A stretch of 64,000 nucleotides of DNA. Origin: Octopus sinensis (taxonomy: Eukaryota). The translations under genes and the position numbers were made by a program. Location: NCBI RefSeq assembly GCF_006345805.1, contig NC_042998.1, positions 26,660,001 to 26,724,000 on the forward strand, in the 5' to 3' direction. Within the stretch, counting starts at the first letter, position 1; each line of letters begins with the position of its first letter. The notes below the pieces were generated by a model, which was not told where the DNA came from, did not search any database, and saw nothing but the letters and a program-made list of their open reading frames with translations. Below are positions 1-12,980 of this stretch, one piece after another.

Positions 1-1354
1 TCAAAGACTAGTTTTGTGATATTTTGTTTTAATTTAGGCATATAAAACCATATAAAATTTCTTTTATGCAGAATTTTTCTCGACGCAAATAATGAAAGTT
101 AAATGAGTTTTTAAACATGCTTAAGTAAACTAACACCCACTCTGATAGTAACAACATACATTGTAGTTAATGCAATTATTAGAGATCTGATAGTAAGCCA
201 ACATTTTTAGATTTAGTTTCCTGTTCATATTAGTGTTTATAAAACATACTGTTAAAACAGTATAGGGAAACCGTCGTATTAAGAAGAGGATCTCTATTCT
301 GTGTTTAAAGATTTTATTTTGAAAGTTTAAATTGTATGACCTTTTTTCCTTTGTGGCAGTGCTCTGCAGTCTCATCTATCTTCAAATAACTAAGCATTAA
401 ACACAAAAGACTATGGCAGCCTGTTTATGTTATAGAAAAAGAAATAATAATGAAAAAGAGACAAATTTTATGAAACACTAATGGACTGGAATGCAAGTAG
501 GAAATTAGGTAGCCATTGATACTGTTTCAGAGAGTAAAATAGAACCAATTAGAAGTTTTTAATGGTATTTATTTGGAGACTAGCTTTACTGAAACTCACA
601 AAACATTTTTATTGAAACCTATTAGGCAAATATCAAAAGTTTAATATAATTTTCTTTATGTTAGTTGCATAAACTCATGCTTAAACCAAACAAGCCAGTG
701 AGAGAGAGCTTTCATGCAGTAGCTCAAACTGCAAGAAATAGTAAGTAAATCTTCTGAAAATTACAGCCTATCATTTTAAAAATGCAATGATACATTAGAT
801 AATGTGGTCCTGGATAAGATATGTCTGAAAAAAGGGAGGACGGTCGTGGTTGGAACAACTTCAATCAGTGGTAAACTGAGGCTAAACAGCAACAGCTAAA
901 GAATATTCTATTTCTAAACATAGAAATACTCATACAAATATGTGTATGGATTCCTTTTTTTTCTTTCTCGTGATTTTAGTTATTGAACAATGGCCACGCT
1001 GGAGCACCACCTTTATGATTGATAGCATTGATCCTGATACTTATTTCAGTCTTGTGCCTATTTTTATCAATATCTATTTGTTGAATCATTAGTTTATAGT
1101 TTTTCACACAACACAATGTTTTGGGCTTTTTTTTTGGCGGGGGGTTGCTTTTCTTTTTTGCAACCAAAGTTGAATCCAACACATAAATATGAACATCAAC
1201 CCTGCTATAAACACACACACACGCACAGACATATTTCAATCAAAACAAATTAAATGATTGCTTAAAGTCACTCAATATAAATCTAAAATTTCAATGACAT
1301 TGAACAAAAAGATTACAGATTGATATTATGTTTCTATTATAGCTAGTTATGTAT

Positions 1355-1394
<40 letters not shown>

Positions 1395-1776
1395 GAGCAA
1401 AACGCCCCCCCCCCTCCGTCCAATGGATGTTACTGAGTTGTCAAACATTTAAACCAAATTTTCTCAAAACAACTTGTCCAACCGTCCCATAGGCCTTCCC
1501 TTTCAGAAACATTGATTTAACCTAAATTTGAGACACCAGCAAAAGAAGGAATAAAGATAAACTTTTTTTCTAGTCCAAGAAAAACAATTTTACAAATGCA
1601 CGTTCCCATGACTTTATTGATCACATTATCGATTTTTGTAATTTTTTCAAGACTTATACACACCATGATACCGTTCGTATCTACATATCAAATTTGAGCG
1701 CAATTGGATGGAGGATGCCAGAGATCCTAGAAGACACAAAACCCAGGCAGGCAGAAGGGAATTTTATATAATAGAT
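1395..1776. mobile_element. Possible Helitron/Helentron-like non-autonomous element
   Basis: GC-richer island ending ...CAAATTTGAGCGCAATTGGATGG...GATCCTAGAAGACAC...ATTTTATATAATAGAT, resembling the ends of Helentron-associated MITEs. Recognised by resemblance only. Confidence 0.35.
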
Positions 1777-1781
1777 ATATG

Positions 1782-2318
1782 CAGGGTGGTCGAAAAGTAG
1801 ATTTATAGTTATCATGTAGGCACTTTAAATTTCTTTAAAAACTTTTTATTACATTTAAATATCTATCTTACAATCATATTGTTTATAAACATCTTAAACA
1901 GACAATGCTTAATCTCTCAGATGCTCAAAATGTCCTCCTTCAACATTGCAACATTCTTCAAACCTCTTGAGAACACTCTGACACACAGTGCGGCACAACT
2001 TCCTATCTCCATCAATTTCATTGAATGCATCAGAAATGTAATCTTTTAATTCATTTACTGTTTTGAGATTCTTCTTATAAACCTTGTTCTTCATGACACC
2101 CCAAAATAAGAAAATCCATTGGTGTCAAGTCAAGTGAACATGGTGGCCCATCTCCCAAACTAATGCTGTGGAAAAGCTTGGTTAAGGTAGGCTCTTACTG
2201 TCAATGCATAATGTGAAGGTGCTCCATCTTAGTAAAAAAACAGTTCTAAACTGTTGATATATGAATGCGAAAGAGATAGTTAAATAACTGACTGTAAACC
2301 TACTTTTGGGCCACCCTG
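1782..2318 (-). mobile_element. Internally deleted Tc1/mariner-superfamily transposon retaining the transposase C-terminus
   Basis: TIRs CAGGGTGGTCGAAAAGTAG (1782) and CTACTTTTGGGCCACCCTG (to 2318), with TA at the right end. The minus strand reads like WPPxSxDLTPxDF followed by ORF 1909..2094 (KNKVY...LKTVNELK...CCNVEGGHFEHL), a typical Tc1-type C-terminus. Confidence 0.85.
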
Positions 2319-2799
2319 TATATATATATGTATATATATAAATCAATAAATGGTTGGGTTGTGTTGACCGCATGTGGAGAAATGATAGGCAAGGAAAAAT
2401 TATAAAAAGGCAGAATGCTCTTCAATTTAGCATTCTGCCTTTTTATAATTTTTCCTTGCCTATATATATATATATATATATACACATTATACTCCTGTCA
2501 CAACCTGGGACCTTGAAGACTGCTTTAATGCAAGAAAGTATACTAGTCCCTTAATATTTGATATTCAATATTTCATCTATTCAATAAGACAATCAATACT
2601 CCATTTCATTTTACTATATATTCTATTATCTACCTTAATATTATAAAGAATATAAATGAAACATGAAAAATAGACAGAGTTGAAATTTCTTTGAATAATA
2701 TATATCCCTCTATACACAATCATACAAACCCCTTTATATATATATATATATATAAATATACATATATGTGTGTGTGTATATATAGTGTGAGAAAAGGGC

Positions 2800-3145
2800 A
2801 ATTAAATAAAGTGCCAGTTAAATGCTGGGATTGATTCAATCAACCAGCCGTCTGCCAGTTACAACACTGAAGGCTCCAGCTGATCCGATCAGTGGAACAG
2901 CCTGCTCATGAAATTAACATGCAAGTGGTTGAGCACTCCACAGACATGCATACCCTTAACATAGTTCTTAGGGAGATTCAGTACGACTTGGAATGTGACT
3001 AGGCCGGCAGCTTTGAAATACAGGTACAACCCATTTTTTGCCTGAGTGGACTGAAATGACATGAAATAAAGTATCTTGCTAAAGGGACACAATGTGCTAC
3101 CGGGAATCAAATTTTCGACCGAATGTTCTGATCACTAAATCATGC
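2800..3145 (-). mobile_element. tRNA-derived SINE, family F (degenerate)
   Basis: Reverse-complement similarity to 27860-28100 (shared GCAAGA(C/T)ACTT...CAGTCCA(C/T)TCAG...CCTGTATTTCAAAG...CTGAATCTCCCT.AGAACT). Confidence 0.7.
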
Positions 3146-3769
3146 CCTTTCACTGATTGAGTGAAGTGACACTGGTGCCTGGCAGGTTTCTCCAAGTAAT
3201 GAAATTCCAGTCAAAAATCTCAGACAAATCTTCCTGGAGCTGGTTATGCTTTAAAGGCAGATGAAGGTACAAATCTCAGTAACCACTGTGAGGAATAGCA
3301 GCCCTCGACACTTATTGACTTTAAAAGACAATAATAGGAAATGCTGAGCAAAAGTTTTTAACTAACAGGATACATGGTAAGGTGAAAAATTGGCAGAGTT
3401 ATAAGAATATCAGACAGAGGAGTTCATAGTGTCCGCTTCAACTTAGCAGTCAGAGTTCAAATCTCACCAAGGTCAACTTTACCTTTTACTCATTTGGGGT
3501 GGTGGATTAGTAGAATTGTAAGAATATTAGATAAGCAGTGCCATCTTAATGCATGGAAATACTGGGCTCTTGTCTGGGGCCTAATTATGGTCTATGCATG
3601 TAGTGGCTTGCTGGAAGTGGGAAACATGGGATGAAGTACTAAAGAACAACCTCAGGATGCTGAAGCTTTCAGGCAAGATGACAAAGAACTAAGATGCCTG
3701 GCATCTTGCTGTACTTAAGAAGACTCGTACTCTGCAGAAGAAGTGTTAAGACAGGTCCTTCTGGTGGTG

Positions 3770-3992
3770 TCACGTAAAAGTGCCATGTAAATGCACCTGT
3801 GTGGCACCATGTAAAAGTGCCTATGCAGGGCCACATGAAAGCACCCAGCACACTCTGTAAAGTGGTTGATGTTAGGAAGGGCATCCAGCTGTAGAATCCA
3901 AATCAGACTGGAACCTGGTGTAGCTTGCCAGCTGTGGTCAAACCATCCAACCCATGCCAGCATGGAAAACGGATGTTAAAGGATGATGATGT
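3770..3992 (+). mobile_element. RTE-clade LINE 3' end (5'-truncated)
   Basis: GTTAGGAAGGGCATCCAGCTGTAGA...CCAACCCATGCCAGCATGGAAAACGGATGTTAAA followed by a (GAT)n tail; same family as 9816-11120. Confidence 0.85.
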
Positions 3993-4029
3993 AGGATCCA
4001 GTGCATTGATTTGGCAAGGGGTTGATAAT

Positions 4030-4312
4030 GCTGCTAAGATGGTCCTGCATGGTAGGTACAATGCAGTATTTGTTCTAACTCTCAGCATTCTGGGTTCAGA
4101 TCCTACTGTGGCCTACAATGGGAAGCAGGGTAGACTTAATCCATTGCTAGGTTTAACCCTACCACCTGGAACCTAGAATGCCTTCAGTAGAACCTAGAAT
4201 GCCTTTGGGTCGGGTATCCAGTTTGAGGAAACCTTCATCTACCCCTACCAATGCTGGAGGTCATGGGTAATGCTTTATCTCCACAATAAAAGTTTAAAAA
4301 AAAAAAAAAAAG
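4030..4312 (+). mobile_element. Probable retroposed element with AATAAA and a poly(A) tail
   Basis: Weak tRNA-like B box (GGGTTCAGATCC) near 4093; ends CAATAAAAGTTT plus an A-run of ~17 nt. No TSD found. Confidence 0.4.
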
Positions 4313-4977
4313 GGAAAGTCCATCATCATGTCTGATTAAAGATCTCCCCTAGATTATTCCAAACTTTTTGAATTCATTATTGCAAACAATTATTATCCAA
4401 TCTTTATTGAAACTGGATTACTGAAAAAAAATTTTGAGTTTATTCTATTTTGCTGGTATATCTTCAGATTAGTGACTTTGTGTTTGAATTTGATTTAAAA
4501 TGATTAACGTCATTGTTTGCACAACACTCTTCTTTCCTATTGGCGATGGTGATGCTGATAAGAACGATGACGATGGTGATGATGATGTAACAAACATTAA
4601 TGCTGCTATTTTCTACTGAATTTGCTGCATAATTTAAAATCTCTAGATCAATATATCTGCAATAACTTGTCTTGTTTTTTTTTTTACTTTATATTTGACT
4701 TTATAAAAGATTGAGTATCATCTATTCATTATAATTCTGAGAAAATTGATTAAATTTACATGTCCTCCAATTATTTTTAGCAATATTTAATTTTCAAGGC
4801 ATATCATTATGTTGTTTGTTATTTTCGCTATTTAATTTTGGAGTTTACTAACTCAGTATAAAACCACTCTTTGAAAATATTAATAATTTCTCATGAGGAG
4901 AATTTAAAGGGGAGCGATGGAGTTGGAGAAATGAGAAACTGAAAACAAAAACATATCTGTTTAGAGATTATTTTCAG

Positions 4978-5041
4978 GAAATATTTCCTAACCTTATCAA
5001 TTCTTCAAAAGTCTTATATTTTTGGAGAATGATATCTCAAA
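4978..5041 (+). CDS. Candidate penultimate exon of an unidentified + strand gene (EIFPNLINSSKVLYFWRMISQ)
   Basis: Acceptor ATTTTCAG|, donor |GTAGGA, open frame, phase-1 end compatible with 5577-5683. No homology recognised. Confidence 0.3.
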
Positions 5042-5576
5042 GTAGGATCTAAATGAGTAGATTTAGCATTAAAATTTATTTTAAACTTAAATGTCATTCC
5101 TTTAATACTATAAAAATGGAGAATATTCAATAAAGATTAATATATCTGTAATGTTTATGCTGTTTCGGTATATGTTGTGTATCAAATTTAGACAAATTTC
5201 CCTTTAAGTGAATTTGTTGAGAAAAATTTTTATGATTATTATAACAATGAAATTTTTTTTACTAGTGTACCAACACATTGTGACAATAATTAGAAAGAGA
5301 ATTTTAAAATCTTTAATTATTTACATTAAAAGTACGAACAGTGTTCTGAAGTTGCCATTCCTTTAGTAAATTCTCACATAATCAAATATTTTATGACCAT
5401 AATGTAGTACGGTATCTGTCTAATCAAGCCCCTGCTGATCCTCAGCTTTGATAAAGTGATTAATCTTAATGTTATTATGTGAAGAAGATATTTAACTTAG
5501 TTAGAGTAAGTTGATGTAATCAGTTTTAAAATGTTAAGTAATTTTTTGTATTTAATAATTATTAAACATTTTCTAG

Positions 5577-5683
5577 ATAAGCTGATGCAAACCGAACAAA
5601 AAAAAAGAAAGAATAAGAGAGGAAAAAAAGGAGAAGTGAATAATTGGATGGTTGAATCATTAACAAATGATGAATTGGATTAG
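5577..5683 (+). CDS. Candidate terminal exon ((N)KLMQTEQKKRKNKRGKKGEVNNWMVESLTNDELD*)
   Basis: Acceptor CATTTTCTAG|, open frame to TAG at 5681-5683, phase matches the 4978-5041 donor. No homology recognised. Confidence 0.3.
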
Positions 5684-6447
5684 AACTGACACATGGAAAG
5701 CCATTAATGACAATGAGAGGGCTGAAGAGAATAGCAGAATCTGAAAGAATGTGTAAATGAAACTCAAAGAAATCACTATCCACAAACATAAAATTAATGC
5801 ATCTAATTGCTATAGTACACTTAATTGTTGAAGACAATGCTTCTCTTTGATGCAAATATACATAAAATTTATTGAAAATTCTTGAGTGCTGAAATCTTAG
5901 ACACCTATCTTAATTATTTAAGTGATTCAAAGAATCATCTAACGCCAAAGTATTTGCAGAAGCAGTTAGTTAGCAGATACTATGAATCTAGAGACTAACT
6001 CAGCACATACCAATGAGTTTATTTTGTCCTCTTCAGAGAAATGAAAAAGTTATGTTAATTATTGCAACATGTGGATTCAGAACTGTTGTTAACTTTCCAG
6101 ATGCAACATTCTACACAGTACTCTACAGCTAAACTATTATCATAATTGGCCAAGAATATTTAGCAATTTCTGTTCTACTACACCGAAAGAACTTCATGCC
6201 ATGATGAAAAAAAAAAAAACTGTATTGAGTTACTGGTCTTATGTTTTCAAACAAAATTATAACCAAGAATTGCAAATCTAAATAAGAAAAGAAAATCTAC
6301 TTTACAGAATACTTTGTAAATATTTCAATTCTGACAAGCTGTCATTAATCTCAAAATGAACAATAAATTTTTAATAAGTGATACTTTAATTTCTACTTAA
6401 TGCTTTCAAGCATAATTTAAATTCATATTCATAAATATAAAAGTCCA

Positions 6448-6569
6448 TCATTGAAAGTCTTTGAGAACATGTCTTCTGATCTCTATTAATTCATTCTGAA
6501 TTTTATTATCATGGTGCCATTCCAAAGAAGCAATGCATATCCAGAGTTTTCTCTCGTTACCAAAAAAAA
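6448..6569 (-). CDS. Candidate terminal exon of an unidentified - strand gene ((V)FFGNERKLWICIASLEWHHDNKIQNELIEIRRHVLKDFQ*)
   Basis: Minus-strand acceptor ATTATTTTCAG|, 40-codon open frame to TGA, phase-1 start compatible with 8360-8456. Confidence 0.35.
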
Positions 6570-7675
6570 CTGAAAATAATATTAATCATTAATTAATACT
6601 AGCTTTTTTTACATCCTGCATCATCATTTTTAGTTAGATTTTTAACGTTTGCTATCTTAAATAAGTCAACACTAACCTAGCTATTGTTTTAACAGTTCAA
6701 CCACTTTCCTTGTATTTCCTTGCATCTGTTTTTTCAACTCTTATGTAAAAGATACCTGACATTAAAATAACCATCTTACATGACAACACTCTCAACTTCA
6801 TGACATGAAATTAAATTCCTGTGTCAACAAAGTTTTTTTTATTGATTTTTGGTATTGCTAATAATGAATTATCAATTTTTGCTATTGAAGATACTTGTAT
6901 AATATTTTTATATTGATATCACAGTGGCTTCCTGTATTGAATGCAAGTTTGTATTGGCTTCAATAATTATTGTATTTTATATTCATTTAAAGCATTGATT
7001 ATTTTAATATTGATTTAATTTTATATGGATTGTTGGTGCTGATTGTATTAAAATATTGATTATATTTTTCAATGTTTTATTAGTTGATTACTATTTCCTT
7101 CTATATTATATCTCAAAAGAAGGAGATATTGGCTGCTGATTATTTTATGCTACATGTCAGATAACATTATTGTCTTCCCTTAGAAACAGGCACTTTTTCA
7201 TACGAGAACTCCTTCTCAAATAGTTGATAACCAATTAGAATTAAGAGGATTTTCATTTGTGCTTCAATCTCAGAACAGAATCCTATTAAAAATTTTTTCA
7301 AATCAATCAACATTTTATTATTCTCAAAAGTGAATTTTGAATGTATGTAAAGATTTCCTTGTAAGTGGCTGTTATTTAGCCCTCTCACTCTAAAGCATGT
7401 GCGGTTTGCACTATTCTAGCTAGGTTTCTGTAATCAGAAATATAATATATCTATTCTGAAACATAATGTCAGTTAGTAAAGGGCATTACTGTTTATGAGA
7501 TGACAAATCAATAGGGAAAGGTTTGCAGTGCAGCTTGGAACTCTGCAGCTGAGGATTAGATAATAAATATAAGGATGTGTATGTACCTTAAGTGGCATAA
7601 ATAGCTAGGATTGATATTTAAAAAGATTAGAAAGATGAGTTAATATTATGTCCTGTTGTAATATATGTGTATGTG

Positions 7676-8068
7676 AAGGTGGTGAGCTGGCAGAAACATT
7701 AGCATGCCGGGTGAAATGCTTAGTGGTATTTCGTCTGCCGCTACGTTCTGAGTTCAAATTCCACTGAGGTCGACTTTGCCTTTCATCCTTTCGGGGTCGA
7801 TTAAATAAGTACCAGTTACACACTGGGCTCGATATAATCGACTTAATCCATTTGTCTGTCCTCTCTGTGTTTAGCCCCTTGTGGGTAGTAAAGAAATAGG
7901 TTTTTCGTCTGGCTTTACATTCCGAGTTCAAATTCCGCCAAGGCCAACTATGCCTTTCATCCTTTCAGAGTTGATAAATTAAATATCAGTTGCATACTGG
8001 GGTCGATCTAATCGACTGGACCCTTCCCCAAAAATTTCGGGCCTTGTGCCTAGAGTAGAAAAGAATAT
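7676..8068 (+). mobile_element. tRNA-derived SINE family C, two fused copies
   Basis: GGTGAGCTGGCAGAAAC (A box), GAGTTCAAATTCC (B box), tail CCCCTTGTGGGTAGTAAAGAAATAG, then a second partial copy ending CCTTGTGCCTAGAGTAGAAAAGAAT. Confidence 0.9.
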
Positions 8069-8359
8069 ACGTGTGTGTGTATGGTGTACAGTAATAGAAA
8101 TTATAGAGAAACAATATTTTAAGGATGCCACTTATATTGAGTCAGTGATAAACATGCAAATCAGATGTCTATTGATTTTTAATTTGATCACGGCCATTGC
8201 ATGACATCTCGTGCCTTGCTAATTAAGTAATAAACACCAGTACAACTTCATGGCAATTAATAGAAAAAGCTTAACTTTACAAAATAAAACTAAATATGAC
8301 TCAACACTATCCATAAATTTGCATACACTGAACTGGGTTCTTATTTCATTACCAAATAC

Positions 8360-8456
8360 CACAATTTATAACGTTTAACAGCAATTCCTTGTAGCAGTGC
8401 CATTTTAACATGAAACTATACACTTTACGAAATGAATTTAGATACTCGGTTATTTC
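8360..8456 (-). CDS. Candidate internal exon of the - strand gene (EITEYLNSFRKVYSFMLKWHCYKELLLNVINC)
   Basis: Minus-strand polypyrimidine acceptor TCCTTCTTCTTTTACACAAAG|, donor |GTATTT, 97 nt open, phase-1 end joins 6569 in frame. Confidence 0.33.
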
Positions 8457-9815
8457 CTTTGTGTAAAAGAAGAAGGATCAAATTAAAATCTCATCAACTT
8501 AGAAGCCTTGTTGAGTATTATCAGTAAACTTGGATTATCCCGTGAATTTATTACATTTTGTTTCTTCTTTAAACACTGATATAATCAACTGATTATTATA
8601 GATATTCTATTGTTCATTTCCAACATCTTTTATATGCTGCTCTATATTTATATCCCGCTTTGTAATATTCTTACTATGTTACGATTCTTTGATACCGTAA
8701 TTGATAACACTTGCCATCCTTTGTTCAAATTTCAGAGGACTATTACAAAGGAATACTAAATTAAACTACATAGGTGTAGAGTTAATGCAACACTACTCTC
8801 TATAGAATTATTTTCATCATAGATTCTGACAAGCAGCATAAATAATTTGAAGAAAAGAAAACAACGACATTCTATTCCAAATTTCTCAAGCACTTCAAAT
8901 CTCAAAGTAAAGAAACTTAATCCTTTTAGCGTTTCCGCACTTATTGATCAAACATTTATATTGAACATTCTAAAGATATTAAGAATCTCCTCAAGGCTTA
9001 TACATGTTCAGCAATAAAACGAAAATTATTTTACATAAACCAATAGATAATTCTGTGTATGCTATAACGTCTGAATACATTTTATATGTGGATTGTTAAA
9101 TAATTTCTTAGCACTAACAATTTCTATTCTGTACAAGCAGAATAGGTTTCATTTAGAACCAGCAAAAAGCTAAATTGATGATATTCTTGGTACAGAATTT
9201 TACAGGTGACAATAATTGGAACCTAAAGATTCTGATTTAGGAGATTACTCGAAACACAGAGAGGTTTTTTTTTCTTTTTCCTTTTTATCATTCCTCTTAA
9301 TCATTGCTTCTTTCCAGAGTAATTTCCATTTTTATAATCAAAAATCGAAAGAAAGTATAGATTCTAGAACAGATAGAACTAAATGTAAGGACAATAATGA
9401 TTTACATGAGCAAAGGTACTAAAAACGGAAAATATCAGAAACTGCTATTTCAGATAAGCTAACACAATAGTCTTTAAGACAGAACTCATAATGATGCCTC
9501 TCTGTGGTTGCTTGGCCTCTAGAAACAATAGTCAAATTTCTCTCAAATAATGCCATGATCAGCATAGTTGTGATATCATTGATTATTAATCTGTTTGAGC
9601 AGGGCTGGTCTGAACTTAATCAACAACAAATATGTTGTTTATTTGTATCAATATGAATAACTAAAAACAAATCTGGTACCATCATATATCCCTTACCATA
9701 TCACAGTTCAGCTATCACAGTTTATTATTTAAGCTTACGTTGATTCATCTGTTTTGCATTTATAATAAAATAAGTATATACAATCACGAGTAAAATATCC
9801 ACTCATTTACTTATT

Positions 9816-11120
9816 TCATCATCATTGTTTAATGTCCGCTTTTCATGCTGTCATGGGTTGGGCAGTTTGACTGAGGACTGGTGAGCCAGAGGCTCAATCT
9901 GATCTGGCAAAGTTTCTACAGCTGGATGCCCTTCCTAATGCCAACCACTCCAAGAGTGTAGTGGGTGCTTTGACGTGCCACTGGCACAGGAGCAAGCCAG
10001 GCAGTTCTGGCAACGACCACACTCAAAAGGTGTTTTTTATGTGCTACCTGCATGGGAGCCAGTCTGGCAGCACTGGCAATGACCACACTCAAATGTTGTT
10101 TTTCATGTGCCACCGGCACATGTGCTGGTGAGGCAATGATCACACTCAAATGGTGCTTTTCACATGCTACCAGCACGGGAGCCAATCCGTGGCCCTGGCA
10201 ACGATCACACTCAGATGTGCTTTTAACGTTCCACTGGCACAAGTGCCAATCAGGTGGCACTGTCATCCACATCAGCAATTTTGATTTGTTTTCATTTGCT
10301 GCAATAGGTTTTTGCAAGCAAAGTTCAATGAATGAAGAGTACTTATAAGTGGGCTGGTTACACCCCACGTTTGGATGTGCTTTTAATGTTTCACTGGCAC
10401 AAGCACCAATCAGGCGGTACTGTCATCAGCCACGTCAGTGATTTTGATTTCACTTGCCTCAATACGTCTTCACAAGCAAAGTTTATTGTCCAATGAATAA
10501 GGGCTGTTCATAAAGTGGGCTGGTTACACCCACTGGCATAGGCCATGGTCTCACTTGGCTTGCTGGGTAGTCTCAAACACAGTATATCTCCAAAGGTCTC
10601 GGTCACTAGCCATTTCCTTGGTAAGGCCCAATGTTCATAGGTTGTGCTTCACCACCTCATCCCAGGTCTTCCTGGATCTACCTCTTCTACAGGTTCCCTC
10701 CGCTAGTAGGGTGTGACACTTTTTCACACAGCTGTCCTCATTCATTTGCAACATATGACCATACCAGTGCAGTCATCTCTCTTGCATACCACATCTGATG
10801 CTTCTTAGGTCCAACTTTTCTCTCAGGGCACTTACACTCTGTCGTGTATGCACACTGACATTACACATCCAGCGGAGCATACTGGCTTCATTGCTTGCAT
10901 GCTTACGCATGTCCTCAGTAGCCACTGCCCATGTTTCACTGCCATGAAGCAAAGCTGTTCGTACACATGCATCATAACGGTCTACTTTTTACTTGGAGTG
11001 AGAAGCCCTTTGTCACCAGCAGAGGTAGGAGCTCTCTGAACTTTGCCCAGGCTATTCTTATTCTAGCAGCTACACTTTTAGAGCATCCACCTCCACTACT
11101 GACTTGGTGCCTTAGGTAAA
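9816..11120 (-). mobile_element. RTE-clade LINE, 5'-truncated: C-terminal part of the RT ORF (frameshift and stops), 3' UTR with VNTR, (GAT)n tail
   Basis: Manual minus-strand translation of 10555-11118 gives SVAARIRIAWAKFRELLPLL...HGSETWAV...SMLRWMCNV...LHWYGHM...RGRSRKTWDEVV...DRDLW, the characteristic RTE post-RT motifs. It is contiguous with the repeat found many times in this window. Confidence 0.93.
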
Positions 11121-11395
11121 ATTTTCATTGCGTGCTGCAACCTTTTCCATAGTTTTTGACTCTGTTATTCAAGCTGCTTTTTTTTTTGTTTGTTTGTGTG
11201 CAGCTTGAAAAGCTTGCAAGATGCAATCAAAATTTTAGAAAATAAAAATAAGTAAATGACTGGAAATTGTACCGGTGAGTGTGCTAAATTATAAGGCAGT
11301 AAAAGAGAATGACTCTCTCCAGACACAACAGAATATGCTTCAACACATGAACTTACATAAAGAATTTTGCAAACCAAATCCAAAAACAAAATAAA
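11118..11395. repeat. Dispersed repeat family G, copy 1 (with an adjacent inverted fragment)
   Basis: GGTGAGTGTG...ATAAGGC...GACTCTC.CCAGACACAACAGAATATGCTTCAACAC...GCAAACCAAATCCAAAA is shared with 15787-15992 and 30905-31135. 11118-11165 is an inverted piece of the same family. Confidence 0.85.
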
Positions 11396-11429
11396 GTATA
11401 TACAAATTATAAAGATAATTTTTTAAAAA

Positions 11430-11521
11430 TATACAGTACAGTATTGTTTCTACTTTGTGGATTTTCACCTGTTGCAGGGGTTTTTAGAACGTAACACCCA
11501 CAAAAGTTGGGGGACTACTGT
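11430..11521. mobile_element. pogo/Tigger-like transposon end
   Basis: ...GGATTTTCACCTGTTGCAGGGG...AACGTAACACC...GGGGGACTACTG-TA resembles a Tigger/MER2-type TIR with a TA target. Only one end seen. Confidence 0.5.
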
Positions 11522-11617
11522 ATTGACAGAGTGATGGACTAAATGAATAGCAGTGTTTAGTTTTGTATCTCCACAAATCCTTCAAGAACAGACAAATATG
11601 CAGTAAATATTCTTTAT

Positions 11618-12141
11618 TCTTTTATTAGTTTCAGTCATTTGACTGTGGCCATGCTGGAGCAACGCCTTTAGATGAAAAAATCGACCCCAGGACTTATTCT
11701 TTGTAAGCCTAATACTTATTCTATCGGTATCTTTTGCTGAACTGCTAAGTTATGGGGAAGTAAACACATTAACATTGGTTGTCAAGTGATGAGGGGACAA
11801 ACACAGACACACAAACATACATACATATATATAATAATAATAATATTAGGGAATATAATTCCAAACTTACAGGGGAAAATTATATACTATTTATTTATTA
11901 TTTTGTACTTTATTTAGTTCTAGGTAAATGTTTTATCATATCTTTAATTTTTTTCTATATGGTATGATTTAAGTATATCATTGTTGAATTGCTACATAGT
12001 GGTTCTTCTCTAATATATATATACGACGGGCTTCTTTCAGTTTCTGTCTACCTAACCCACTCACAAGGCTTTGGTCGGCCCGAGGCTATAGTAGAAGACA
12101 CTTGCCCAAGGTGTCATGCAGTGGGACTGAACCCAGGACCA
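11618..12141 (-). mobile_element. tRNA-derived SINE family A, with an AT-rich insertion (~11832-12012) in its internal microsatellite
   Basis: Matches 22893-23288. The inserted segment is similar to the reverse complement of 58080-58262. Confidence 0.9.
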
Positions 12142-12227
12142 TATTTAAAACTTAATTCAAAAGATTATATTTCTCCACTGCAAACTCTTGGCATTGAACT
12201 AAAAGTCATTATTATCTTTTATCTTTA

Positions 12228-12482
12228 GCGTGCTTCAGTCATTGGACAGTGGCCACATTGGGGATAATGCATCAAAGAATTTTAGTTGAATGAATTGACC
12301 CTAGTACTTATTTTTTTTAAAGCGTGGTACTTATTCTATTGCTCCCATATGCTGAACTACCAAATTATGAGGACATAAACAAACCAACACTGGTTGACAA
12401 GTGGTAAAGAGGGAAAACACAAATGCACACAGATACACATGTGTGTGTGTGTGTTGCACTATGGACTTCTTTCGGTTTCTGT
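12228..12482 (-). mobile_element. Degenerate SINE family A
   Basis: CTTCAGTCATTGGAC...GTACTTATTCTATT...CAACACTGGTTGACAAG...CTTCTTTCGGTTTCTGT. Confidence 0.75.
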
Positions 12483-12779
12483 TCTTAAGTTGCTCTTCCT
12501 TAGATCACTCTCTTTTTCTTCTCATTATCTCTTTTTCACACTTGCCACAAACCAAATAACAACACTACACTCATATATGACACTTATTTTAATCTCATAG
12601 CTAAAGTCTAACCATTCCCCATTCACCTGTTTCATGTCTAACAACAGGACTAAATACAAAACATGCAAACAGAGTAAATAAGCAAATGAGTCTCTTTCAA
12701 TTTTACTGAGTAAATATCTGTTTAATCAACTGAACCACCAACTCACTAAATTAATGTGTAAGTGACTGAATAAATTGAA

Positions 12780-12980
12780 ACTACCTCTGGCTCTGTAGTA
12801 CAAATGTCTTGTTTTCAAAAGTTCTGAATTAAAATCTTCCACCAAACCTTAGCCACAATTTATGTTCCTAACACTAGCTTAATGATAACTAAGTTATTTT
12901 ACTAAATTCTTTGTTATATTTAAAATTAATTGAAAGAAACATAGAACATCTCAAAATAAATACGGTAATGAAAGGGTTAA
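12780..12980. mobile_element. piggyBac-like MITE, one end degraded
   Basis: Reverse complement of 24771-24998; ends GAAAGGGTTAA. Confidence 0.8.

Noticed and set aside
7184-9415. Plus-strand exon candidates 7184-7329, 8823-8906 and 9318-9415
   Set aside because: They have open frames and plausible splice sites, but the phases do not chain completely, they overlap the minus-strand candidate gene and no homology is recognised. They cannot be told from chance without RNA data.
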